From contig CAWIIP010000004.1 of assembly GCA_963836235.1 (NCBI GenBank), positions 800,001 to 864,000 of the forward strand: a stretch of 64,000 bases of DNA, in the 5' to 3' direction. The notes under the pieces were generated by a model. It ran no database searches. It was not told the origin of the DNA and saw nothing but the letters and a program-made list of their open reading frames with translations. Position 1 is the first letter of the stretch. Each line of letters begins with the position of its first letter. A program made the position numbers and the translations under genes. Positions 19,303 to 28,742 of this stretch are shown one piece after another. The DNA is from an uncultured Pseudomonadota bacterium (GTDB taxonomy: Bacteria; Oederibacteriota; Muellerivitia; Muellerivitales; Muellerivitaceae).

Positions 19303-19571
19303 TGCTCAATCCTTCCTACACCAACCAATTTCAAAAAGACCTTAAGTTAATGATCCGGCGTGGTAAACCTGTTGAAAAGTTCAAGGGTGTGGCCAATCGT
19401 TTGATCGCCCAGGGTGTCTTGGACCCTCGATTGCGAAATCATAAACTTTCAGGGAATTACAAAGACCGCTGGGAATGCCATTTGGACCCCGATTGGTTGT
19501 TGGTTTATAAGCTTTCAGGGAACGAAATCATTTTTGAAAGAACCGGAACGCATTCAGATTTATTTATATAA
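19302..19571 (+). CDS. yafQ: YafQ family mRNA interferase toxin
   Basis: F.KDLK, H.L.GNYKD.WECH..PDWLLVY, RTGTHSDLF; TGATG coupling to the antitoxin. Confidence 0.93.
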   Translation: MLNPSYTNQFQKDLKLMIRRGKPVEKFKGVANRLIAQGVLDPRLRNHKLSGNYKDRWECHLDPDWLLVYKLSGNEIIFERTGTHSDLFI

Positions 19572-19597
19572 GACTAAAAAACTTAACCCGAAAAAAA

Positions 19598-19818
19598 ATG
19601 AACCACCAAAACCTTTCTAAAAAAGACAAAAAATACCTCTGGCGTCCATTCACCCAACAACAAGAATGGGAACGGGATCAAGACATAACCATCATCACTA
19701 AGGGTAAGGGAACTTATCTTTACGACGCGAAGGGACAAAAGTATTTAGACGGTGTTTCCTCCCTCTGGTGCAACGTCCATGGCACCAGGTTCCTGAAATC
19801 GATAAAGCATTCAAAAGA
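19598..19818 (+). pseudogene. Duplicated 5' fragment of bioA (frameshifted, truncated)
   Basis: First 62 aa are 58/62 identical to BioA at 20303; then 1-bp loss and break. Confidence 0.9.
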
Positions 19819-19819
19819 A

Positions 19820-20101
19820 TCAAAGCCCTTTGGGGTTGTCCTTCGTGGTGATGACGATCTCGTATTCCCGGGTTTTGCGGCTGACGCGGGAAAGAATGAT
19901 GAGGGGGTGGCCGCCTTTCCACCTTTGTTGAAGTTCCTTGGATTCCGCGATCATTCCCTTTAAATAAAGGTCGAGTTGTTCTTGGGCGTATTTGCGGACG
20001 GTGTCCAACCCTTTTTCCGTGGGGCGCATATGGCCAAAATGCCTCATGACATTGGCCTGGATGACGGTCGTTAATTTTTGGATGATCTCTAAATTCTCCA
20101 C
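19820..20101 (-). CDS. Hypothetical protein lying between the bioA fragment and intact bioA
   Basis: AGAGG RBS before GTG; stop abuts the end of the bioA fragment. Confidence 0.6.
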   Translation of the reverse strand: MENLEIIQKLTTVIQANVMRHFGHMRPTEKGLDTVRKYAQEQLDLYLKGMIAESKELQQRWKGGHPLIILSRVSRKTREYEIVITTKDNPKGL

Positions 20102-20302
20102 GGCAAACCTCTTTGAGAAAGCGCGAGTTCAAAAATATGGTAATCCATAGAGTCTGTCCTGGAAATAAAAAATCGAGGATGACTGATGGAAATTGTGGGA
20201 CTTTTGGTAAATTGGGCTGGCTCGTGAATGGGAATGATCGGGTATTGGCGCTCTTAAAATTTAACCAAGGTTTAAAATGCGAATCCACTTAGCTCAGAAA
20301 TC

Positions 20303-21700
20303 ATGAACCACCAAAATCTGACCCAAAAAGACAAAAAATACCTCTGGCACCCCTTTACCCAACAACAGGAATGGGAAAGGGACCAAGACATCACCATTAT
20401 CACGAAAGGGAAGGGCACTTATCTTTACGACGCGAAAGGTAAAAAGTACTTGGACGGTGTCTCGTCCCTCTGGTGCAACGTGCATGGACACCAGGTTCCC
20501 GAGATCGATAAGGCCATTCAAAAGCAACTGAAGAAAATCGCCCATTCGACCCTGCTGGGCGCTTCCAACGAACCCGCCATTCTCTTGGCTGAAAAGCTGG
20601 TGAGGCTGGCGCCCAAGGGGCTGACCCGGGTTTTCTATTCCGACTCCGGTTCGGAGGCCAATGAAATCGCCATGAAGATGGCTTTTCAATATTGGCAACA
20701 AGCCCATTCGACTTCCGTTGGTCGCTCAGGGCAGGCCACCGCCGCAAAGTTCAAAAAGAATCTTTTCTTGACGGTTAAGGAAGGTTATCACGGAGACACA
20801 GTTGGGTCGGTCAGTTTGGGCGGGATTGACCTGTTCCATGGGATATTCGGCCCCCTTCTTTTTAAGACCCTCAAAGTCAAAAGCCCCCATCAATATGCCA
20901 GTCGCAAGGTTTCCAACTCGAAATGGCTTCAAGATTGCGTTCGGGAAGCCGAAGGTGTTTTCCGCAAATATGGCTCCCGATTTGCGGCGGTTCACATGGA
21001 ACCTTTGATTGAAGGGGCGGGGGGAATGTTGGTTCACCCTTGGGGTTACCTGAAAGCCATTCGCCGGTTGTGTGACCGATACAAGGTGCTCTTGATATTG
21101 GATGAAGTGGCGACCGGGTTTGGACGGACAGGGACCATGTTTGCCTGCGACCAAGAAGGGGTAAGCCCAGATATCCTTTGCGTGGCGAAGAACCTGACGG
21201 GTGGGTATTTGCCCGTAGCGGCCACCCTGACGACTGAGAAGGTTTATAAGGCCTTCCTGGGAACTTTTGAATCCGCCCGGACCTTTTACCATGGCCATAC
21301 CTTTACGGGAAACCAATTGGGATGCGCGGCGGCATTGGCCAATCTTCAATTGATTGAAAAGAAGGGTTTTCTGCCATCGCTTCAAGAAAAGTGCGACTTG
21401 CTTCAAGAGCTGTTAGAACCTTTGGCGGCTCATCCCCATGTATCCGACATCCGGTTGAGGGGCCTGATGGGGGGGATTGAACTGGTTAAAAATAAGAAAA
21501 CAAACGAACCCTACCCTTATCCCATGAAGATGGGCTACCGGGTTTGCGCCGAAGCGAAAAAGATGGGGGTCTTATTGCGGCCCTTGGGAAATGTGATTGT
21601 CCTGATGCCGCCTCTGGCGATTACGAAGAAAGATTTGGTGTATTTGATAGAAGTGATTTCAAAAAGTATCAACCAAGCAACAGAAAAAAAGAATATTTAA
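20303..21700 (+). CDS. bioA: Adenosylmethionine-8-amino-7-oxononanoate aminotransferase
   Basis: LWHPFTQ, SSLWCNVHGH, DSGSEA.E.A.KMA, YHGDT, DEVATGFGRTG, AKNLTGGYLP, HGHTFTGN. Confidence 0.97.
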   Translation: MNHQNLTQKDKKYLWHPFTQQQEWERDQDITIITKGKGTYLYDAKGKKYLDGVSSLWCNVHGHQVPEIDKAIQKQLKKIAHSTLLGASNEPAILLAEKLVRLAPKGLTRVFYSDSGSEANEIAMKMAFQYWQQAHSTSVGRSGQATAAKFKKNLFLTVKEGYHGDTVGSVSLGGIDLFHGIFGPLLFKTLKVKSPHQYASRKVSNSKWLQDCVREAEGVFRKYGSRFAAVHMEPLIEGAGGMLVHPWGYLKAIRRLCDRYKVLLILDEVATGFGRTGTMFACDQEGVSPDILCVAKNLTGGYLPVAATLTTEKVYKAFLGTFESARTFYHGHTFTGNQLGCAAALANLQLIEKKGFLPSLQEKCDLLQELLEPLAAHPHVSDIRLRGLMGGIELVKNKKTNEPYPYPMKMGYRVCAEAKKMGVLLRPLGNVIVLMPPLAITKKDLVYLIEVISKSINQATEKKNI

Positions 21701-21711
21701 AACCCAATTTT

Positions 21712-21818
21712 AACCACCAAGACACCAAGGGCACCAAGAACGTCGAAAAAAAGAGGTTGAAATTTTGTAAGACCCAATTCTTTTTGCTTTTCTTGGTGAC
21801 TTGGTGCCCTTGGTGGTT
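21712..21818. repeat. Palindromic intergenic element, CACCAAG family copy 2
   Basis: AACCACCAAGACACCAAGGGCACCAAG ... CTTGGTGACTTGGTGCCCTTGGTGGTT. Confidence 0.9.
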
Positions 21819-21869
21819 CAATTGTCTTTCTTTTGATTTTTGTTTAGGGTTCTGCTGTAAAATCCTTCC

Positions 21870-23534
21870 ATGCCCAAAGCTTCCCACAAGTCCCGAATCT
21901 TTCTTTTCGCGGTTTTGTTCCTCGCTTTCGACTTCCAGGCTTTATACCTGGTTCACCATTATTCCCTCACCAATGACGAACCCTTCGAAATAACCGGGGG
22001 ATATTACTATTGGACCAAGGGGGATGTGGTAAGCCCCCGGATGAACCCTCCCACCGCCTCGGCTCTCCAGACCCTGCCTCTTTTGTTCCTGAATTTGGAA
22101 AAGGCCCATGGGTTTATGGACGCCGATCAAAGGGCTTATGAATTCTTTTTCGTGGCGAACCCCGATAATATTCAAGCCCTGACCCTCTTTCCACGGCTCA
22201 TTGGATTGGTCTTCGCTTTAGCCTTGGGATTGCTTTTGTGCAGTGTGGCTCGAAACGAATCGGCGGTTTACCTGGTGGCGGTCGCCGCGCTTTGGGCCTT
22301 TGACCCCACTTTTATCGCCCATTCGGCGCTGGCCAAATCCGATGTGATGACGGCTTTTTTCTTTTTGGCCTCGGTTTTGGTCTTCAACCGGGTGCGGCAA
22401 TATCCGGGTTGGGCCTGGAGCCTTTTGACCGGGGTTCTGGCCGGGATGGCCATTACTTCCAAGGTCACGGCCCTGGCCCTGGGGCCCCTCTTTTTCATCC
22501 TTGAGGCCATCGACTACTTTTCCGCCAGGGCGAGGCAAAAGAAGGGGACGGAGATTCTCGCCCGATGGGTTTTTATGGGAATAGGTTTATTGGGCTTGGT
22601 GGGGTTGGTTTATCTTCCGGGGACATTAATGCTTCCGGACCACCGCTGTCCTTATGTTTATTTTTGGAACCGTGTCATGGCGGGATGGCAAATGCCCCAA
22701 AAGGGCTGGGCCTATTTCCGGTTTTTAGGTAGTACTAGCGATAGCGGGAACGCGCTCTATTTGCCGATTGCCTTTCTTCTTAAATCCACCCTTCCGTTCT
22801 TGGTCTTGTTTTTTGCCGCTCTTGTCCTAATGGCGCGCGGAAAAATCCGGGTGGAAGGCTGGGTGTGGATTACGCCTTTGGTTTTTTTGGCCACAGTCCT
22901 GCCGGGGTCCAGTATTGGAATGAGATTGTTTCTGCCTGCTTTTCCTTTTCTTTACCTTCTCGCGGGCCGTGCGGCGGAATGGATGTGGGATAAGTCCGGG
23001 AAAAACAAACCCCTCTTCCGGAAACTTCTGGGAGGATTGGCGGGTTGGGCGTTAGTCAGTTTAATTTTGCATTTCCCGAATTATTTAAGCTACGCCAATG
23101 AATTAGTGCCTCCAGAGAAAAAGGGTTATTTTTTCGCCAATGGCGACCTGGATTGGGGACAAGATACCCTGCGGTTGGCCCGTTTCGCGGAGGACCACCA
23201 ATGGAAAAACATAAAGCTGGCTTATCTATCAGGCGTCGATCCTCATTTTTACGGTATGGACTGGGCCCCTTGGACCCAAAAGGATCTACAAGGGCCCCAA
23301 CCGGGATGGGTTTACCTGGTCAATGATAGTTTCCTTCATCTAGCCCCCGTTTATTCCCCGGAGACCAGGCCCATTGCGGAAGGTTGGATTTCAAGCAAGG
23401 CTACCGGCAAGGTGGGGGACACCTGGAGATATTACGAGTCTCCCGGAAACCAGGAAACCGACGCTAGCCCTCTCCTTCATTCCGCCCCTGTTTTGCGCTA
23501 TTACTGGAAGGGAAACTCACGGGTTTTTTATTAA
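21870..23534 (+). CDS. ArnT/PMT-like (GT39/GT83) polytopic glycosyltransferase
   Basis: T.DE...I.GG, NPP, P.F.AHS.LA..D, K.TAL, YANE, DLDWGQD. Confidence 0.8.
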   Translation: MPKASHKSRIFLFAVLFLAFDFQALYLVHHYSLTNDEPFEITGGYYYWTKGDVVSPRMNPPTASALQTLPLLFLNLEKAHGFMDADQRAYEFFFVANPDNIQALTLFPRLIGLVFALALGLLLCSVARNESAVYLVAVAALWAFDPTFIAHSALAKSDVMTAFFFLASVLVFNRVRQYPGWAWSLLTGVLAGMAITSKVTALALGPLFFILEAIDYFSARARQKKGTEILARWVFMGIGLLGLVGLVYLPGTLMLPDHRCPYVYFWNRVMAGWQMPQKGWAYFRFLGSTSDSGNALYLPIAFLLKSTLPFLVLFFAALVLMARGKIRVEGWVWITPLVFLATVLPGSSIGMRLFLPAFPFLYLLAGRAAEWMWDKSGKNKPLFRKLLGGLAGWALVSLILHFPNYLSYANELVPPEKKGYFFANGDLDWGQDTLRLARFAEDHQWKNIKLAYLSGVDPHFYGMDWAPWTQKDLQGPQPGWVYLVNDSFLHLAPVYSPETRPIAEGWISSKATGKVGDTWRYYESPGNQETDASPLLHSAPVLRYYWKGNSRVFY

Positions 23535-23554
23535 AAGATATAGAAAAATCTTTT

Positions 23555-23665
23555 AACCACGAAGGCACGAAGGGCACCAAGAAAGACAAAATCAAAGCCT
23601 GTTTTCCAACAACTTTTGATATTTCATCTTTCGCTGTTCTTGGTGCCCTTCGTGTCTTCGTGGTT
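23555..23665. repeat. Palindromic intergenic element, CACCAAG family copy 3
   Basis: AACCACGAAGGCACGAAGGGCACCAAGAA ... TTCTTGGTGCCCTTCGTGTCTTCGTGGTT. Confidence 0.9.
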
Positions 23666-23776
23666 CAAATTGTCTTTTTAATGAAAACTCCATGAAAACA
23701 AAGGGCTATCAAAGGATTTTCGAATCGGAATGTGTTATTCTTAGCCCGCTTTTATCACCTTTGAGGAAACCCGTTT

Positions 23777-25153
23777 TTGAAAAAAGCCATCGAAAATAAA
23801 ACCAAAACCGTCGCGGTCATCAGCTTGGGTTGCCCCAAGAACACGGTGGATTCCGAGGTGATGTTGGGCAAGCTGGCCCAGGATAACTACGCTTTAGTGA
23901 AGGACCCTTCGGAAGCAGAGGTCGTGATCGTCAATACCTGCGGGTTTATTGAGGCTTCTAAAAAGGAATCCATCGATACCATCCTGGATGTGGCTAAGCT
24001 TCGCAAAAGCGGCCAGTTGAAATCCCTGGTGGTGGGCGGCTGCCTGGCGCACCGTTATGGCGATGAACTGAAGAAAGAATTGCCCGAAATTGACATCTTG
24101 TTCGGGTTGAATGACGTGGAAAATGTGGCCAGCCAGATTAAAGGAACGCCCCTGCCCGTCCATCCGTCCCAAGTGGATCGTAAGCCTTTGCTGCCCAATT
24201 CTTTGAATGAAGCCACCTATGTTTATGACGCCTCTTCGCCCCGATTGCTTTCGACCCCTGGCTATTTTGCCTATGTGAAGATTTCCGAGGGGTGCGATCT
24301 GCCCTGCACTTTTTGCATTATTCCCAAGATCCGGGGGCATTACCGGAGCCGTTCCCTGGAGGATATTGAGCGGGAAGCCCGCCAATTGGCATCCCAAGGG
24401 GTGAAAGAACTTTGTTTGGTGGCCCAAGACAGCACTTGGTATGGCGCGGACCGTTATGGAAAGCCAAAAATCGCCGAGCTTTTGGAGCGCTTGGCCAAGG
24501 TTGAGGATATTGAATGGGTCAGGCTTCATTATCTATATCCCAGCCGCGTCACGGACGAAATGTTGGACGTGATGGCCGCCTATCCCAAGATAGCGCCCTA
24601 TTTTGATGTGCCCTTACAACATGCCAGTAATAAGATTCTCAAATCCATGCAACGGATCGGCGACAGGGCTCTTTTGGAAAAGATGATCAGCCGAATCCGC
24701 ACCAAATTGCCCCACTCTTCCATCCGATCCACTTTTATCGTGGGTTTTCCGGGCGAGACGGATGAGGACTTCAATGAATTGATTGAATTTTTAAAGAGTT
24801 CCCAATTGGACTATGTCGGCTTTTTCTCCTATTCCCAAGAGGAGAATACCCCGGCGGGAGTCATGGAAAACCAAGTGCCGGAAGGGATTAAGCAAAAGCG
24901 GTTGGCTGAGGCCTACCGGGTCCAAGAAGAAATCGCCGAGAAGTCCCACCAAAGGTGGGTAGGAGAAAAGTTATGGGCGGTAGTCGAATCGGTGGATGAA
25001 AACGGGGAAGTCCAAGGGCGCACCCGCTACCAGGCTCCCGAAGTCGACGGCATCGTTATGATCGAAGGTCTTTCCGGGCCTCAAGTAGGCCAATTGACGC
25101 AGGTGGAAATCACCCATACTCTCCAACAGGACCTCGTGGCAAAAGCGATATGA
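23777..25153 (+). CDS. rimO: Ribosomal protein S12 methylthiotransferase
   Basis: SLGCPKNTVDSE, NTCGFI, EGCDLPCTFC (radical SAM), APEVDG. Confidence 0.96.
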   Translation: MKKAIENKTKTVAVISLGCPKNTVDSEVMLGKLAQDNYALVKDPSEAEVVIVNTCGFIEASKKESIDTILDVAKLRKSGQLKSLVVGGCLAHRYGDELKKELPEIDILFGLNDVENVASQIKGTPLPVHPSQVDRKPLLPNSLNEATYVYDASSPRLLSTPGYFAYVKISEGCDLPCTFCIIPKIRGHYRSRSLEDIEREARQLASQGVKELCLVAQDSTWYGADRYGKPKIAELLERLAKVEDIEWVRLHYLYPSRVTDEMLDVMAAYPKIAPYFDVPLQHASNKILKSMQRIGDRALLEKMISRIRTKLPHSSIRSTFIVGFPGETDEDFNELIEFLKSSQLDYVGFFSYSQEENTPAGVMENQVPEGIKQKRLAEAYRVQEEIAEKSHQRWVGEKLWAVVESVDENGEVQGRTRYQAPEVDGIVMIEGLSGPQVGQLTQVEITHTLQQDLVAKAI

Positions 25154-25183
25154 TGGCGAGTTTGAATTAAAAAAAGGTGATCT

Positions 25184-25837
25184 TTGGAAGATTCGAATAA
25201 AACCAAGAGCCCGTCACATTGGAACTCCGCCAACCTGGTCACGATGTCCCGTATCGCCGTGACGCCCCTGTTCCTGATTTTTATTTTTAGGGACGAGCTT
25301 TGGGCCAAGTGGACAGCCGGACTTTTGTTCGCTTGGGGAGCGATCAGCGATTACTTGGACGGTTACCTGGCCCGCAAGTACAACTTGAAAACCGATTTTG
25401 GCGCGCTCTTGGACCCTTTCGCGGATAAAATCCTCATTGTCTCCGTCTTCGTGTCCTTCGTGGCCCTCGACCTAGTCCCGGTATGGATGGTGGTCATTAT
25501 CGTCGCCCGTGAATTCCTGATTACGGGATTGCGGCAAATGGCGCAAAACCAACACATCATTATCGCCGCCAGCCGCGCGGGAAAACACAAGACGGTTTCC
25601 CAGATCATCGCCATCTCTTTTATCCTGGCGATTATTTGCGCCCAGGGAACCGTGGAGGCCTATCAAGGGAAATGGGACTTGTTCGTGGCCCGGCTGGGCA
25701 ATATGGGGGAATGGCTGGATAACGTGGTTTGGTACGGGCCCTATTGGCTGATGTTTTACGCAACCGTTATGTCAATTATATCGGGCGTGGACTACGTGGT
25801 AAGAAACCGTCATATTTGGAACGGGGCGAAAACTTGA
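25184..25837 (+). CDS. pgsA: CDP-diacylglycerol--glycerol-3-phosphate 3-phosphatidyltransferase
   Basis: DYLDGYLAR...FGALLDPFADK, REFLITGLR, GK.KT..Q. Confidence 0.95.
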   Translation: MEDSNKTKSPSHWNSANLVTMSRIAVTPLFLIFIFRDELWAKWTAGLLFAWGAISDYLDGYLARKYNLKTDFGALLDPFADKILIVSVFVSFVALDLVPVWMVVIIVAREFLITGLRQMAQNQHIIIAASRAGKHKTVSQIIAISFILAIICAQGTVEAYQGKWDLFVARLGNMGEWLDNVVWYGPYWLMFYATVMSIISGVDYVVRNRHIWNGAKT

Positions 25838-26307
25838 AACATTTTTATTTTTTGATCGCGACATTTTTAGGGATCGGCAAATTGCCTCTCGCGCCGGGAA
25901 CCTGGGCTTCCCTGGTGGCGGCCCCCTTTTTTTATCCTTTGATCGATTTTCCGGCGACCCAAGCTGAAATATTGGTGGTGATCTATTTTGTGGGAGTTTT
26001 CGCTTGCACCCGATACGCCAAAGATATGGGTCAAGTCGACCCCTCTAGCGCGGTTATCGATGAGGTATTAGGAATGGGGATCGCGATGATGGCGATTCCA
26101 TCCAACAAGGGCCTTTTTTATAAGCTGGCTTTTGTCGTTGTGGCCATTATTCTTTTCCGTCTTTTTGATATTTGGAAGCCCTATCCTATCCGCAAGATTG
26201 AAAAGCTTCCGGGAGGCTGGGGAATTATGACGGACGATCTTGTCGCCGGGGTCTACGCCCGTGTCTGGATACAAGTCGGCATATGGGTCGTCAATTTGCT
26301 TCAGTAG
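25834..26307 (+). CDS. pgpA: Phosphatidylglycerophosphatase A
   Basis: APGTWAS, DP...VIDEV.G, FRLFDIWKP.PI, GG.GIM.DD..AG. Confidence 0.95.
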   Translation: MKHFYFLIATFLGIGKLPLAPGTWASLVAAPFFYPLIDFPATQAEILVVIYFVGVFACTRYAKDMGQVDPSSAVIDEVLGMGIAMMAIPSNKGLFYKLAFVVVAIILFRLFDIWKPYPIRKIEKLPGGWGIMTDDLVAGVYARVWIQVGIWVVNLLQ

Positions 26308-26322
26308 GGACAAGGAAAACCA

Positions 26323-27582
26323 TTGAACGCTGAAATCGTGGCTATCGGCACTGAAATGCTGTTGGGCCAGAACGTCGATACGAATTCTTCCTGGATTGCC
26401 GGGGAACTGGCCCTCCTTGGAATTGACGTTTATGGGTTTCAAGCGGTGGGGGACAACGAAAAAAGGATCGAAACGGCCCTCAAGTTGGCATGTGAGCGCA
26501 GCCAGATGGTCATTACGACCGGTGGCTTGGGGCCGACGGTGGATGACGTAACCCGCAAGGTCATGGGACGATTGGCCCAGAAACAGTTGGTTTTTCATGA
26601 CCATCTGGCCAAAAAAATCGAGGAACGGTTCGCGAAATTTAGGCCCGGTAAGCCTTTCCCCAAAGTGAACTTGAACCAGGCTTTTATTCCCCAAGGAGCC
26701 ACCATTATCCCGAATGAAAATGGAACGGCCCCCGGATTTATCCTCAAAGTTGGAAAGTCACATTTAGCCTGTCTGCCAGGTGTTCCCTCGGAAATGAAGG
26801 CCATGTTTGAGGAAAACTTGAAGCCTTTCCTAAAATCCCTTTCGCCTAGCGGAACCATTATCAAGTCACGGGTTTTTCGGACGACGGGTATTGATGAATC
26901 GGCGCTGAACGAAAAAATCGTCGATATCTTCGAAAAGTCGACCAACCCGACGGTGGGCGTTTTGGCCCATTGGGAGGGGGTGGACATTCGTCTTTCCGCC
27001 AAAGCGGAAAGCGAGGTTCAGGCCGACCGGCTGATCGAGGATTTGGGGAAGACCCTCACGACCCGGCTTCCGAATTACATTTATGGCTGGGACAAGGATG
27101 ATTTGGAAACCATAGTGGGCCGGATGCTGACCACCCGGCAAATGACGATCGCGACGGCGGAATCTTGTAGCGGGGGACTCATCGCCCATCGCGTTACCCA
27201 GGTTCCCGGAAGTTCCAATTATTTCCTCCGGGGTTATGTGGTTTACAGCAATGAGGCTAAGCACGACGCTTTGGAAGTGGATTCCCAATTAATCCGGCTC
27301 AAAGGGGCCGTCAGCCGGGAAGTGGCGGAAGCTTTGGCCGCCAATGTCCGCCGGATCGCCAAGGCCGACATCGGCCTTTCTACCACGGGGATTGCCGGAC
27401 CTTCGGGCGGTTCCGCGGAAAAACCCGTGGGCTTGGTTTATGTCGGAATTACCGACGACCAATCCACCCAAGTTTTTGAATTTCGTTTCACCGGCAACCG
27501 GGAAAGCGTTAAAAAAAGAACCAGTCAGGCCGCTCTCGAAATATTGCGTCGGCATTGCCTTCAGATGCCGCTTCGGGATTAA
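26323..27582 (+). CDS. cinA: Competence/damage-inducible protein CinA (MoCF-like plus PncC)
   Basis: IGTE.LLG...DTN, TGGLGPT.DD, GTAPG, AESCSGG, TGIAGP.GG. Confidence 0.95.
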   Translation: MNAEIVAIGTEMLLGQNVDTNSSWIAGELALLGIDVYGFQAVGDNEKRIETALKLACERSQMVITTGGLGPTVDDVTRKVMGRLAQKQLVFHDHLAKKIEERFAKFRPGKPFPKVNLNQAFIPQGATIIPNENGTAPGFILKVGKSHLACLPGVPSEMKAMFEENLKPFLKSLSPSGTIIKSRVFRTTGIDESALNEKIVDIFEKSTNPTVGVLAHWEGVDIRLSAKAESEVQADRLIEDLGKTLTTRLPNYIYGWDKDDLETIVGRMLTTRQMTIATAESCSGGLIAHRVTQVPGSSNYFLRGYVVYSNEAKHDALEVDSQLIRLKGAVSREVAEALAANVRRIAKADIGLSTTGIAGPSGGSAEKPVGLVYVGITDDQSTQVFEFRFTGNRESVKKRTSQAALEILRRHCLQMPLRD

Positions 27583-27586
27583 CCCT

Positions 27587-28153
27587 ATGGCTGAGTTGAG
27601 GCTTTTTGTGGCGGTTTCCCTTCCGCCTTCAGTGGAAGACCAGGTCGAGTTGGTTTTGGCCAAGGTGGCCCGTTACCAGGAAATAAAGTGGGCGCCTCGA
27701 TCCCAGTTTCATATTACGGTCAGGTTTATCGGTGATTTTGATGAGGCAAAGTTACCCGCACTTGAGGGGCTGTTGAATGAGGCCGCGCTTTCTTTCGAGC
27801 CCTTTGAGGCGGAAATGAAAGGATTGGATGGTTTTCCGAACTTAAAACATCCAAAAATTTTATTCCTGTCCGTCGCGAACGGAGAAGAATCCTTCACGAA
27901 ACTATCAAGGCTCATTTCCGCTCGAATCCACCTGCTTGGGATTGGCCGAGAAGATAAGGACTTTCGGGCCCATCTCACCTTGGGCCGGGTGCGCGAGGGC
28001 CAGAACGCCCACAAGGCGGTCCAGGCGCTTCGGGAAAGCGGGTTAGCCTTGGGGCTGGGCTGGAAAGTAGATCGGGTTTCACTTTTTCAGAGCCGATTAA
28101 CCCCCGAAGGCGCGCTTCATACTTTCCGAAAGGAATTTGAACTTCGGGGATAG
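27587..28153 (+). CDS. thpR: RNA 2',3'-cyclic phosphodiesterase (2H family)
   Basis: RLFVA, HITV.F.G, HLTLGR, S.L.P.G; follows cinA. Confidence 0.9.
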   Translation: MAELRLFVAVSLPPSVEDQVELVLAKVARYQEIKWAPRSQFHITVRFIGDFDEAKLPALEGLLNEAALSFEPFEAEMKGLDGFPNLKHPKILFLSVANGEESFTKLSRLISARIHLLGIGREDKDFRAHLTLGRVREGQNAHKAVQALRESGLALGLGWKVDRVSLFQSRLTPEGALHTFRKEFELRG

Positions 28154-28234
28154 AAGTCCAGGTCTCGGTTTCTATAAAATAAAAGAAGAGCTTATGCGGC
28201 TCAGGCCGTCCATTGAAAGTCAAAGGGATTGAAA

Positions 28235-28726
28235 ATGGCATTGGAACACCAGCGGGATCACGAGGGGCCGGAACTCAGCGAAGAAGAAATGGAAGAGCAA
28301 ATAAAGGCTTTTCAACAGTCTCAGCAGGTTTATTTGGAACAAACCTTCAAATGGCTGATCGACTTCATCGCCAGCTACTTTCCGGAGGACCAATTGGCCA
28401 TCCGGGACATGGATTTGGAAGTCCATTTTGTCCATCAAGTGATTGAAGCTGGCAAGCCCTTGGGAGCCTTGGTTTACCGATTTCGAAAATTCGTGGATAA
28501 GAAGGATTACTTCAAGGAAATGGCTGGGGATTACAAGGAAGGATTGAAGTTGCCGGAGGTGTTGTTTGTTGATACGGAGACTTCAAAGTTTGAGCCGCCC
28601 GAGAGTTTGGAGGGGGATGGACCTTACGTGGAAATGCCGGGTGATAAGTTAACCGGGAAAATTCGGGAATTAAGGGAAGAGTTAAAACGGCGGGCGCGAC
28701 TTAGCCTGCTTCGACAAAGTCTTTAA
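28235..28726 (+). CDS. Hypothetical protein
   Basis: Uninterrupted ORF with host-like composition; no recognised motif. Confidence 0.6.
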   Translation: MALEHQRDHEGPELSEEEMEEQIKAFQQSQQVYLEQTFKWLIDFIASYFPEDQLAIRDMDLEVHFVHQVIEAGKPLGALVYRFRKFVDKKDYFKEMAGDYKEGLKLPEVLFVDTETSKFEPPESLEGDGPYVEMPGDKLTGKIRELREELKRRARLSLLRQSL

Positions 28727-28742
28727 AATTTCAGGGAGGCGG

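Noticed and set aside
20306-20314. bioA start AACCACCAA matching the start of the CACCAAG element
   Set aside because: Only 9 bp, encodes N-H-Q, and has no partner arm; probably coincidence.
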